A DNA stretch of 49,193 bases, the filler included, from Jimgerdemannia flammicorona (taxonomy: Eukaryota): the NCBI GenBank assembly GCA_003990765.1. It is 2 parts of 2 records of this genome, joined end to end, with 100 filler letters (N's around TTAATTAATTAA, not from the genome) between each part and the next. Parts side by side here need not be neighbours in the genome. Positions count along the whole stretch, not along the records: positions 1 to 24,548 come from RBNJ01000960.1; positions 24,649 to 49,193 come from RBNJ01000961.1. The stretch is one strand, 5' to 3'. Position numbers and translations under genes: made by a program. Position 1 is the first letter of the stretch. Every line of letters starts with the position of its first letter. This document shows, piece after piece, positions 20,599 through 33,400 of this stretch. Under the pieces are notes generated by a model. It had not been told where the DNA came from. It made no database searches and saw only the letters and a list, made by a program, of their open reading frames with translations.

Positions 20599-23500
20599 AC
20601 TAATAGTGAGCTACTCATTACTGATATATCCTACCAACTGCTCTCTCAAGTCATCTCATCTCTCTCCCTCTCTACTATCTTACTGCTTTACCCCCAAGTA
20701 ACTCCCAACTATTACTCAGAAGTTACCAGGTATCTTATACTCACTCAGTCAATATTCAGATATCTATATAAACTCTCTCTTCTATTCTATATTATAATAA
20801 TTCTTATACTCAAAAATTCCTCCTTCTACTAGATATCCTGATCAAAGTTCAATATGACATTTCTTTTAAGATATACTACTACAATACTTAGAACTTTGGA
20901 GGAAACCACTACTATGTATATCTCAGTACTCTAAGACCAGACTCTAGCCTAGTTTTATATATACTTTACTAATATCAGCCAACTGCTAGTCTATTGGCCA
21001 CAGATCCTATCCCACCCTCTATTGATACTCTATACTAATACTAATATCAAAGTCTATTAATAGTAAACCACTCAATAGAAGTCTGTCTCACCTCTATATT
21101 ATAGGTCTCTATTATGCTTCTCTCATATTACTATACTAATATAAATCAATACAGTAAGCCTCTTCTATCACCTCCTACTAGAATTCTCTATACTATAAGT
21201 ACTTACTACCCCTTAGTCCAACTATTGTAATATAGTAGATATAGAACTTGGTGAGTTGATAGAATTTTGTGTGGGGGAAAGAATATGTAAAAAAGACTTG
21301 TTTTGGAATTGAACTGACTTGATCTGACTGAGGTTTATTCACTCTAAAATACTGAACTAATTCTGCTACTAAATATGTGGCTAAGTATTAAGTCTTTTTA
21401 TGTGAAATTCTCAGATAGAATCTCATGTGAAATTCTATCTAAAATTCATAAAAGTAACAAAAGTTTTACTGATAATGTTTTAGATACAGTATCCACAGTA
21501 AAGATAATTTTCTAAACTATACTAAATTGGAAATCAGATTCAAGTACTATGATCAAATGTCTATTTCCTATTTCTATTTCATATCATATATCATACTATT
21601 AATAATAAATCATCCAAAGAACCTCTAGAGGAGAATCTTGTCTTTCAGATCTTTTATATTAACAGTATTCACTCTTTGCTCTGTAACTTGACAGCTCTCT
21701 TCAACTACCAAGCTCTAAGATAATGTAACCTCTTTGGGAAGTCCACTAGACTCAGATCTCTTTTATCAACTGAAGTCACCAAGACCTCCTAACTTATCTG
21801 ACTCTAGCTCTTAGCTCAAATCTAGTCTTTAGCTATCTTTAACAATCTCTTCACCACCTAAGTCAGAAAGTCTAAATAATATATCAGATACTATAACTTT
21901 AGCAACTAGTAGATATTAAGAATCAATATTTACTCAGTAAGAGAAATATAATATTCTCTCTAACTCTGAAGGACCTCTTCTTATTTCACCACCTTCCTCT
22001 CTCACTAAGCTCTGGGTAAGACTGATCTATATACTGACAGAAATATGTCCAGATACTGTACTACCTCTTTAGTAGTAACAATAGTACTTATACATAATGT
22101 CCCTATCTATCAAACTATTCTCTAGTACTATTATCTCACACTTATGCTAGTTAAGCTTTACTCTAGATTACTCTTTGTATATACTATTCTATAATAGCTC
22201 TCAGCTTCCCAACATCCTCATCAGAACTAAGTCTAACTACTATATTATTAGCAAAGATCCCAATCTTTTAGACAATCTCTAAGACTAGAAGCTCTAATGT
22301 TTTGTAAGAAATCCTATCCATCAATAGCTCTAATAACAATATATATAGAGTAAGAGACAGCAGATCTCTCTGAGGGACCTCTCTCTCCAATGAGAATGAG
22401 ATATTGTGATATTTATTATATAAGATTACTGCTCTACTACTCTCTAATAGACTAATTATTAATAACTAGAATTAGTGAGGAATATCAATTCTCTCTAATA
22501 TCTTCTTTAGCCAGACTTATTATATCTAATCATAGGCCTTCTTCTGATCCAGAAAGACCAACCATTCATTTAGTCTACTAGCTCTCACCCCCTCAATCAT
22601 ACTATGAACCCAGACTGTCCTATCTCTAATCAGCTTACTATTAACAAAACTCTCTACTCAACTTCTAATATCTGTTGAGCTATCCTCTACAATCTTATAA
22701 TAATTACCTTTATGATCAACTTCTTTTTCATATCCAGGAGTATAATTGGTCTCTAATTCTTCCAATACTCTCTCTTACTCTTATTTTTATACAGCAGTAT
22801 CACCAGACTAAGATCTTGACCCCCAACTTACTTCTCAGATATAAGGACAAAGTTGTATTATGCTATCATCTCTCTCAATACCCTTGAGACTCTTAACATC
22901 TTCTTTTAAAAGTCCCAAGACAGACCATCCTTACCAGAAGCTATACTCTATTTTGTAGCTAATAAGATACTCAAAATTTTGTCCTTCTAGACTGGCTAAA
23001 CCAAGTTCTCAAGACTATTAACCTATAGAGAGCACTAATTCTTCAGAGTATACTCAATTACCTTCTCATCAGTACTCTCTTCTTTCTCACTCTATAGGTC
23101 TCTCTATCTATTCTTCAAAGAACCTAAGATATTCTACATCTTATTCACCAGAGTACTCTCTTCATTAGGCACTCCATCTTACCACTGCCTTACTCTCTTC
23201 ACCAGAAGCAGTCTAGACAGATAATTAGTAGATCTCTCATCTTTCTCATATCTCTATCACTATAGCTAAGCTATCATACTCTATAGATGAGTCTTCTTCT
23301 CCTCTCTCAATACTCTCTTTAACTTCTCTATCTCTAGCTAGGTCTGCCCCAGCTTCCAATCTTTTACATTCTTCTATTTCAATATCTCTACCTACTCTAG
23401 TTATAACCTCTTCATTCTGCAAGAGGCTCACCTCACCTACTATCTCTACTGAGCTCCTTTAAACTACCAGTCTTACCTTAATACAACCTGATAGCCTTCT

Positions 23501-24070
23501 TTAACTTTATTCAATAGACCTCTACTAGAGAACTCTCACTTTCTCAGTAAATAATCTTTATCTCAATATTCTCCACTCAAGTATCTTATAACCTCTTCTT
23601 CTCTAATAAGGAAGAATTGAGATACTAATGTCCAGACCCATCTCTACTCTCTCTAAACTAACAATAGCCTTCAATGATTAAACTATGAGTACTACTTTAT
23701 CTCCAAAGTCACTCAGATATCTAATCTCTAGTAATCAGCCATCAGTATCTAATCTATTCTCATCTCAAATCTATTTACTCAATGAGTATAAACCCTCTAA
23801 CCACCCTATACTATCCTATCTATATCAACTAATGAACTTAGATACTCTACTTTCTCTCAAATATCCAGACCACTACTATAGTCCATAGTATATCTCTCTC
23901 TATCAGTTCTATCTAATAGTATATTCTATACTATATTAAAGTCTTCTCTCAGTATATCTACACTAGTTTCAGCAAGTGTGCTATACTTATAAAGTCTTTT
24001 CAGCTATTCTACTCAGTTACTTCTAACTGCTGAATAATAGTAAGAATCTACTACCACCAGATCTCACTTT
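20599..24070 (-). mobile_element. Heavily mutated L1/Tx1-like LINE ORF2 remnant (copy a)
   Basis: Colinear by eye with ~24990-28070; interrupted by a solo LTR; ends approximate. Confidence 0.8.
21226..21595 (-). repeat. Solo LTR inserted in LINE copy a
   Basis: TGTAATA...TATCATA flanked by CTAT on both sides; contains CTGAGGTTTATTCACTC, also found in the C/D LTRs. Confidence 0.65.
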
Positions 24071-24415
24071 GGTTTTTATCACTCTATTCTTAGTAGTTTT
24101 ATATATATTTTATCTTGATATCTTAAGTTAGTTTGAGTGAGTGTTTGAGTGATAACAATTGTTTATTGTTTAGCTTAAAAGTGAGAAATTTATCTTAAAT
24201 CATCAGCTAATATATACTAAGTTATAATATAGTGGATATATAATATATTTTGAATATTTAGTATTCTTTAACTTCTCAGAGTCTTTGATAGAATACAGAG
24301 ATAGATAAGATTGAAATATATCTGTCTATAGACTTATTAGTTTTTTGCTCTTTTTTGCTTTTGAACTATTTTGATCTGAGGTTTATTTATTTTAGATACT
24401 GGAATATTTATATAA

Positions 24416-24548
24416 TGTAACGTAGCGGACGCTTACTCTTGAAAGTACGTCGGATTTCTGTATCTTGAAAACTTGACTGTTCTGACTCTCGCAGAGTCTC
24501 TTGAAGTGGCAGGGGAAGGGTGGGTGAGTTCGAAGTGTATCTGCCCAC
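24416..24548. repeat. Probable end of a young, CpG-intact LTR cut by the gap
   Basis: Abrupt switch at TGTAACGTAGCGGACG from TA-rich to CpG-containing sequence. Confidence 0.5.
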
Positions 24549-24648
24549 NNNNNNNNNNNNNNNNNNNNNNNNNNNNNNNNNNNNNNNNNNNNTTAATTAA
24601 TTAANNNNNNNNNNNNNNNNNNNNNNNNNNNNNNNNNNNNNNNNNNNN
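24549..24648. other. Assembly gap with artificial spacer
   Basis: 44 N + TTAATTAATTAA + 44 N = 100 nt. Confidence 0.97.
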
Positions 24649-24709
24649 TAGTCACTTGGACTCTGCCTTTGTTACCAGTCTATGAATAAATATACATCAT
24701 TCCCACCCA

Positions 24710-27700
24710 CTATCCAATCCCCACAGGGGGGCCCCTCTCTACTTCCTCACGAATGAAAATCACCCTTTCACCAACAACCCCAACTTTCCCCCCACTTTGC
24801 CCACAGATTTTCTCCACCAATTAGTGCCTCTGACCACCCCACATCCCCCAACCCAGCCACCAGCCTGTTAAGGTGTCTTCCATAAGCCTATGCCATCGCA
24901 GCAGCCAGTCTCCCAAGCTCTGTCTCCTCCCATCCTCAAAAACAAATAGCCAATGACTGGCTAACCCCACTCAAATAGCTAAAGCCCAACCCAAAGTGAG
25001 CCACTCCTTCCCTATCCCCCCTACCAATCTATCTCTCAAGTCCTCCCACTGCTCCTGTACTTCATCACCCCTACCCCATACCCCTAAGCGATCCCCAATT
25101 GTCTGCCAAAAATCCCCCAATACCTCATACTCTCCCAGCCAATGTTCCGGCATCTGTACATAACCCCCCTCCTGCCCTACATTATGGCACTCCTCACAGT
25201 CGAAGCAACCCCCTACAACAAGGTGCCCCAATCGAAAGTTGAGCATAACATTCCTCCACAGCATGTGCCACCAAACCACTCAGTACTTTGGTGGCAGCCA
25301 CACTCTCACTGCAGCACTTCAGGTCCAAACACCATGCTAGTTCCACTCTTCACCAATTCCAACCACAGATCCTGGTCTGGTCCCCTTTGGCATTCCATTC
25401 CATCACCAATGTCGAACTCAACTAAAGGAGTGCCACCCAGCAGTATACGATCCCATCTCCACATTGCCGGGTCCCAATCCTCCTCTCCTTCATTCCCCTG
25501 CCAATAAATACTATGCGGTGCACCCCTTCTGCAATCCCCCACCAAAATCCTTTATATTGCAGTTGGGCAGTGTTCTGAAGCCCAACCAAGGAGAGGAGAT
25601 CGCCAGTCAAGCCCCTTGGCGATGCCTGCCTCTCCCATATCCTCTGTAGCAGAGGAACCCATCCACCACCTCTCAACTCCACCACCCTCTTCAGCCACCA
25701 TGCTCTCAAGCAGTGTAACTGTTTTGGAAAGTCAACCAGCCCAAGACCACCTCTTGTCACTGGTAGGGACAAGGTCTCCCAACTAATCTGACTCCGTCTG
25801 CCAGCCCAAATCCATCCCTTTACTGACTTCATCAATCTCTTCACTACCCAGGCCGGGAAGTCCAGATGATATGCCAGGTACTACAATTTTGGCAGCCAGT
25901 AGACATTCAAAATCGAGACCCACCCTGCCAGAGAAAAATGTCTTCCCCCCCAATTCTGCAGAGCCTTATCCCAGATTCCAATCCTCTGCTCCCACCAAAG
26001 CCTGAGCAGAACTGACCCATAGACTGACAAGTAGATACCTAAGTACCACACTGCTTCCCCAGTGGGGACAATTGTTCTTATAACTTCCCCTCCCATCAGG
26101 CTGTTGCCTAGCACTATCATCTCACACTTATGCCAATTCAGCTTAGCTCCAGAGTACTCCTTATACCACTTCACAGTCTTATTGAGCTCCTCAACATCAG
26201 CAATTGAACCCAAACCCACCACCATGTCGTCAGCAAAGGCCCCAACTTTCCATCCTATATCAAAGACAGAGAGCCCTGCTATCCTCCACCTAATTCGGTC
26301 CATAAGAAGTTCCAGGGAAAGAGCATACAAAATGGGGGACAATGGATCCCCCTGGGGCACCCCCCTACCCAAGGAGAATGCTACCCCTCTATGTCCATTA
26401 CACATGAGTGCAGCCCTACTCCCTTCCAGTAGGCTGACCATCGCTGACTGGAATTGATGCAGAACCTCCATTCTATCCAAAACTTTCGCCAGCCAGACTC
26501 TTTGCACCCAGTCATATGCCTTCTCCTGATCCAAGAAGACTAGATGCCCATCCCATCCATAGGCCCTTGCCCCTTCGATAATGCCATATACCCAGGCAGT
26601 GCCATCTCTGATGAGCCGACCACCCACAAATCCCCTCTGCTCAACTCCCACGACTTGCTGGGCCACCTTCTGTAGTCTTCCCACCACCACCTTAGTCACC
26701 AACTTTCTGTCCATATCTAGTAACATTATCGGCTGCCAGTTCTTCCAATCATCCCGCCTTCCTTTGTTTTTATACAACAGTGTCACCAGCCCAAGGTCCT
26801 GCTCCCCCACCCACCTCCCTGTCTGTAGAATAAGGTCACACAGTGCTGTCATCTCTCCCATCACCCCTGGGACTCCAACCATTCACTTCCAAAAGTCCCA
26901 GGGCAGACCATCCTCCCCAGGTGCCATACCTGGCATTGTCATGGCAAGAACCTGGTGGATCTCTTTCTCCTGTACAGGCATCACCAGGTCCCCTAGCCCT
27001 TCAACTTGTGGCAGGTGCCAATCCTCCAATGTTTGTTCAATTGTAGTGGCATCTGCCCCACCCTCCTCCTTACTCCACAATCTACTCTATCTCTCCTTCA
27101 GCGATCTAAGAATGTCCTATACACTATGCACCAGTACACCATCAGAGTCCAATATCCCTTCCCACCATTGCTGTACCCACCTCGCCCTAAGGGCCCTTGT
27201 AAGAAGCTTGGAAGGCCTCTCTCCTTCCTCCAGATCCTGCCAGCGAAGACATGCTGCCAAGCTCTGTACCCTTGCCTCTTCCTCCTCCCGCAGCACCTGT
27301 TGAAGTTCCCCAACCTCCATTTTCGCCCTCATTATTCTCCAATCTCCTTCTCCCTCCAACATTGTCAGCCTTGCCCACTCCTCCAGGAGCCTCATCAATC
27401 TAGTGGAGGCCCAATGCACTCGTCATTTTCGCTGCTTCCCTGCCTCCTTGCCAGCCTCCCTCTAGTAAATCCTGGCCATTTCCTTCATCCTCATCCACCA
27501 AGTCCCAACTGAGGCCCCTTCCTGCCTCCAGTTCTCCACTCTCAATTAAATGTCCTTAGCCCACTCATCCCACTGGGTCTTGTCATCCAACAAAGAGGAA
27601 TTGAGGCACCAATGTCCAGGCCCATCCCCACTTCTCCCAAAGCACCCCTGTCCCAAAAGCCCCCAGTGATCTGACCATGGACACCATTCCACCTCTAGTG

Positions 27701-28346
27701 ACTTCCAAACATCTAGTCCCCAGCAGCAGGCCATCAAAATCCAGTCGATTCTAGTCCCCAGACCCCCTGCCCAATGTGTATAGACCCTCCTATTCCCCCA
27801 GTACTCCCTTCCAGTATCTAATAGTGTACTCAGTCTTTCCACTTCCTCCCATGTCACCAGTCCTCCACTCCTGCTCTCAGCACCTCGTCTGCCATCTGTT
27901 CTATCCAGCAGTATGTCCCTAACCATATTGAAATCTCCCCCAAGCATATCCACCCCCACCTCTGCAAGTAATCCACTCTCCTGTAAGCCTTTCACCCATT
28001 CTACTCTCTCACTCCATACTGTAGGGCAGTAGCAGGAGCCAACCATAACTGGCTCCCAGCCTGCCCAAATCCACTCTCCCCAGACCAGTCTTTCCCCCCA
28101 GCACTGCACATTCTGTATCTCCCCTCTGCCTTTCCTAACCAAAATCCCAACCTTGCCCTTCCAAATCACCACACCTCCCCATTCCTTCATCCATTCCAAC
28201 CTATCAGAGTCATCTTCACACCAGACATCCTGCAATAGGAAGAGATCAGCCTCCAATCTCTTCATCTAAGTAAAAATGTTCCTATGTTGAGAAGCACCCC
28301 ATAACCCATTCATGTTCAAAGAGAAAATGTTGGTTGTACTGTTCAT
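24710..28346 (-). pseudogene. LINE ORF2: APE endonuclease, RT, C-terminal Cys/His region
   Basis: SLNMNG, LLQD, GGDFN, RIDW, WSDH; PGEDG, LDQEKAYD, GVPQGDPLSP, AFADD, YLG; ends GPPVGIG; several stops and two frameshifts near the 3' end. Confidence 0.93.
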
Positions 28347-28383
28347 AATGATGATACATATATAGTATGTCATCAATCAATCT

Positions 28384-30401
28384 CTACTGCTCCATGCTCA
28401 TCTCCTCCTGTGCCTTGTTCAGATTATGTTCCACAGCCACCTCCTCCTCTTCTGCCCTCTGAGCCTCCAATCCAGCCAGCAGTTCATTCATCTCACCATC
28501 TGCCTTCTCCTCAAACTCCTCTTGGTATTCGATGCACACCTCCTGTCAGAGCTGTAGTCTGTGACACTTGTTCCAGCAGTATTCAGCCCTCTCTCCAGCA
28601 ATGACCACCATCTCCACCTCCCTCTCCTTATCTACCTCATACCCTTCCTCCTCCAGGTACACCACAAGAATTTCCACCTTCAATGCCTTCATTATGCCAT
28701 CCCCCTGCAGTATCCCTGCCCAATGTTCATCACTCACAAGTCCACTTCCCCCAACTCTTCCACCACCAGGTTATTTATCATCCGGCACATCCAAAGCAAG
28801 TTCCCCACCTCTTTCCCCCTTGGAGTCGCCAGCCTCCCTCCATCCAACATTGTGGTGTCAGCTCTAGCACTTGCAGACTCATCCCATACTTCTGGGACAT
28901 CCACCAGCTCCTCCTCACCAGCCACCACCACCTGTCCCCCAAATGCCACCTCCAGGACTCCGAATTGCACCATCTGGGCCCCCCACATTGGCACATCTTC
29001 TACCACCCTGTTCTGGGAAGCTGGGCCATGCCTGATGAGAGGGGTAGTGGTAGGGGAGCCCTCTCAGTCCTCCTCCCAAACCTCGAGTGTACCATCCACA
29101 TATGGGTCCTTCCTAGCCTTCTCCTTGTCCTCCCCTGCCTCCTTCCTGTTCTTCCCCTCCCCCTCACTGGCCCAGACACTTGCTTTGGCTCCCCCTGTGC
29201 CCTTCACCTCGCTCACCTCCCCCAGTGGTCTGCTTTCCAGCTTGGCCAGCAACTCCTTCTGTCTCTTATGCCCCTGAGCCCTTTTCCACTGCTCCTTGGT
29301 CACTCAAATCCACTTTCCATCCACTACCTCCAAGTGTTTTGACTCCACAAAGGCCTCCCATGCCTTCGCTCACCTCTCTACAGTACCACTCAGCTCTTCT
29401 AGTGCTTCCAATAAATCCTCCTCCTCCTTCTCACTTCTCTTCACTCTTGTCACCTTACACAGGATCGCTCCCCAGACCATCACCGAAGGCCAATCCCTTG
29501 CCTTCCCAGTGGCTTCTTTCCCAGCCAACCGAATTCTCACATCTACATCACCAGTCCTGAGCGAGGTCCCTTCCCTGACCCTGAACCCGATATCCACCAC
29601 CTCTCTATATTCTGCCATGAAATCCTCAACTCTCTTCCTTGTCTCCATTGCCATCACCATTGGCACCCCTTTTACCAGCAGTTGGACCACCCTGGGGTCC
29701 CACTTCAGGCACCATGCCATTGGAACACACACCTCCCCAACCACCAATCCCACCTTCAGTGCCTCCTCCAGTGGTGCCACCTCCTCAAAACCCACCTCCA
29801 CTCCTTTCAGACCCCTCAAAAACTTCACAGACACTGCTCCTGCCACCTGCTTAGCGATGAGCCCTAGCACCATCTTCGCCGTCACCACTAGGCCCCGGAA
29901 GCACAGTGTGACTGTGAATGCTGAAATCGATTTTTTGAGTAACAGGGCCACTGCCAGACCTGTCACACTATCCGCCAAGTCCCCTTGTCTTCTAAGCCTC
30001 AGCTGCTCAGCCTCACCATCAGCCGTTACATCTGGATTTTTTTCCAGATCAACAGTCCCACCACCATCAGCAGTCACACCCCCCTCAGCCACTACTCTCT
30101 CAGCTCCACTGCCCTCCCTTCCAAGAGCCACTCCCTCCTGCACTGTTACCTTCTTGGTCTCCTTGCCCTTCCTCAGCCAGCCCTCCAGCCCTGATGCCTG
30201 CTGTCTCCCCTTCACCATCTCCGCGAAGCTTGCCCTTCCAGATCCTGATCCTCTGCCACCTCCTCCACCCCTTCCCTGTCCACCTGTCAGCAGGCCCCTC
30301 ATACCCCCCCCCAGGCCTGGACCCCTCCCCACCTGCTGCCAGTCAAACGTGCTTGGGCCACCCTGCCCAGTATGCACCTCAGGTTGCCTGTCAGTTGTCA
30401 T
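28384..30401 (-). pseudogene. LINE ORF1 (~670 codons)
   Basis: Track ORFs 29370-30449, 29064-29303, 28734-29006 and 28546-28737 joined; Gly-rich N-terminus, SFAEMVK; conserved in copies c and d; start could be 30449. Confidence 0.85.
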
Positions 30402-30499
30402 GTTGTTAGTCTCTTTTCGCCAAAAAATAATGTTGAAAGTGCCTTCCAAAGGTTGTGGTTCAAGTAGTGACTAAGAGTGTTCATGGGTATTTCTCATGT

Positions 30500-33400
30500 T
30501 TTCACACTTTATCTTCTATGACCCCAACCTTCCCCTCACTCTACCTGTATATCTTCTCCACTAAATGATATTGCTGACTATACTACAGTCTCCACCCCTG
30601 CCACTAATCTATCAGAGTATTCTCCATCAGTCCTTCCTATCACAACAGTTATGCCCCTAAGTTCAGATATCTCCTATCATTAAATACAAACAACTAGTGA
30701 CCCATTAGCACAACCTATATAGCCAGCATCTGCTCTAAAGTAAGTCACTCCTTTCCAACTTCTCTCACCAGTCTATCCTGTAAATCCTTCTACTGATCCC
30801 TCACACCATCCCCCCTCTACACAATATTCAATCTCTTCCCAACTGCTATCCAGAAGTTACTAAGTATCTTGCACTCCCCTAGTTAATGTTCAGACAAATA
30901 CACCAAACCCCCTTCCTGTTTAACATTATAATACTCCTTATAATCAAAGGTTCCCCCTTCCACCAGATGGCCTAATCAAAAGTTGGAATGATATTCCTTC
31001 TCAATTTGTACCACCAGACCATCTAATACTTCAGTAGCAGCCATCACTAAATCTCAGCACTCCTATTCCAGATCTCATTACAATTCCACTCTTTACCAAC
31101 ACCCACCAACTGCCATTTTCTGGGCCACAGATCTTGCCCCAACCCTCTCTGATACTCAATTCTATCACTAATATCAAAGTTACTAAGGGAGATACCCCAC
31201 ATTAATACTCTGTCCCATTATAATATTGTCAGTTCCCAAGGTCTGTCACTCTCTCCTCTCTGCTAATAAATGCCAATACAGTACACTCCATCAGTAATAC
31301 TCCACCAGAAGCTCTTGAACTGTATGTGCCCATTATTCTGAAGCCCAACTAAGAACAGAAGTTCTCTTGCAGATCCTCTCAGTGAGAATCTCATCTCTCA
31401 GACCTTCTTCAAAAGAGAAACCCAGCTGCTATCCCCCAGCTCAATAGCTCTCTTCAACCATCATGCTCTTAGACAGTATAACCTCTTTAGAAAGTCAACC
31501 AGTCTAAGTTCCCCTCTAGTCAATAGTAAGGACAAAATTTCCAAGCTAATCTAACTCCTCTTCCCTGCCCAGATCCACCCCTTGGTCAGTTTCAGCAGTC
31601 TCTTCACCACCTAGGTCAGGAAGTTCAGATGATATATCAGATATCACAACTTTGGCAGCCAGTAAGTATTCAAGATAGAAACATACCCTGTCAGTGACAA
31701 GTGACAGCCTCCTTAGCTCAACAGGGCCTCTCTCCAGATAACCACCTACTGCTATGACCAGAGTTTTGGAAGAACATACTTATATACTGACAGATAGATA
31801 CCCAAGTACCTCTCTCTCTCTCCAGTAGGAACAATTGTTCCAATGACATCCCCCCCCACCAGACCATTATCTAGCACCATCTTTTCACACTTGTATCAAT
31901 TGAGTTTGGCCCCCGAGTATACCTCATACCACTCCATAGTCTCCTTGAGTTCCTCAATATCAGTAATTGAACTCAGGCTGACCAATATATCATCCACAAA
32001 GGCTCCAACTTTCCACTCAATGCCAAGAACTGAAAGCCCTCCTATCCTCTACTAAATCCTATCCATTAGGAGTTCCAAGAAGAGTGCATACAAAATGAGA
32101 GACAGCAGGTCCCACTGGAGAACATATCTACCCAGAGAGAAAGCTCACAACTCTATGCCCACATCCACTAAAGCACTCAATCTCTCTACTTCCTCCTATG
32201 CCTCTAAACCTCCACTCCTACCCTCCACTCCCCACTCTCCATCAGTTCTATCTAATAATGCATCTCTGACCATATTAAGTCTCTGCCAAGCACATCCACT
32301 CCAGCCTCTGCCAGAGTCCCTTCCTTCAGGAGACCCTTCACCCACTCTACATACTCAACCTACTCTATAGAGCAGTAGTAGGATCTCACCATAACTGGTT
32401 CCCAATCAGTATAAGTCTACTCAACCTTATTCCTCCAATCTGCCTTTCCCCCACCTATTTATTTATTCTAGTTTATCCAAATCATCCTTGCATCTGACAT
32501 CCTGCAAAAGAAAAAGATCAGCCTCCAATCTCTTCAGCCAACAAAAATGTTCTGTCAACAAACTGAATCCTGAAGCCCATTCACATTTAAAGAGAAAATA
32601 TCAGTTGTACTGTTCATAAGAAGTAATGTAAAATAGTAAGTATATCCTCTACTGCTCTATATATATCTCATCTTGTGCCAGATCTAGATTATACTCTGCA
32701 GCTTCCTACTCCTCTACAGTCCTCTTAGCCTCCAATCCCGCCAGAAGTTCCATGAACTCCCCATTCTCCTTCTCCTCAAATTCCTTACAATATTCCAGAC
32801 AGACCTCCTGCCAGAGCTTCAATCTATACTGCTCTGCCCAACAGAAGGCAGCTCTCTCACCAGCAGCAACCACTAGTCTAGCCTCTCTCTCCTTATCAAT
32901 CTCATACCCTTCCTTCTCCAAGAAGACTATAAGAATTTCTGCCTTCAGTGCCTCCACCACTCTCTTACTATACAGAATGTGTGCCCAATGCTCATCACTC
33001 ATCACTTGCAGATCCACCTCCCCAAACTCCTCTGCAGTAAAGTTGTTTATCATCTTGCATATCCATAGCAGATTCCCCACCTCCTTCCCCACAAGAGTTA
33101 CTAGTCACCCTCTATCCAGCATCAAGATATCCTCCCCTGCACTTGAAGTCTCATCCCACACCTCCTTTTGAATATCCTCCAGTTCATCCTCACCCACTGC
33201 TACTACCAGCCCCTCTTTTGCTATCTCAGAGACTCCAAAGTATACTCTCTGGGCTCTCTGCATAGGTACATCCTCCACTACCCTGCCCCTTGAAGCTGGA
33301 TCTCATCTAATAAGTAGCATAGAGATCAGAGATCTCAAAGGTACCATCTGCATAAAGGTCATAACCCTTCACCTCCTCTCCATCATCTGGCCTCTTCTCT

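Larger units (their letters stand above)
24649..30500 (-). mobile_element. Near full-length L1/Tx1-like LINE (copy b, best preserved)
   Basis: ORF1, 37-nt spacer, ORF2, short 3' UTR; the 3' end meets the gap where copy f has its poly(A); 5' end approximate. Confidence 0.93.

Noticed and set aside
24593..24604. TTAATTAATTAA palindrome between N runs
   Set aside because: Artificial all-frame-stop scaffold spacer, not biological
29296..30474. 392-aa plus-strand ORF and other long antisense ORFs (26581-27303, 28561-29277, 5588-6295)
   Set aside because: Shadows of TE coding strands; the C-rich strand has few stops and the products are low-complexity
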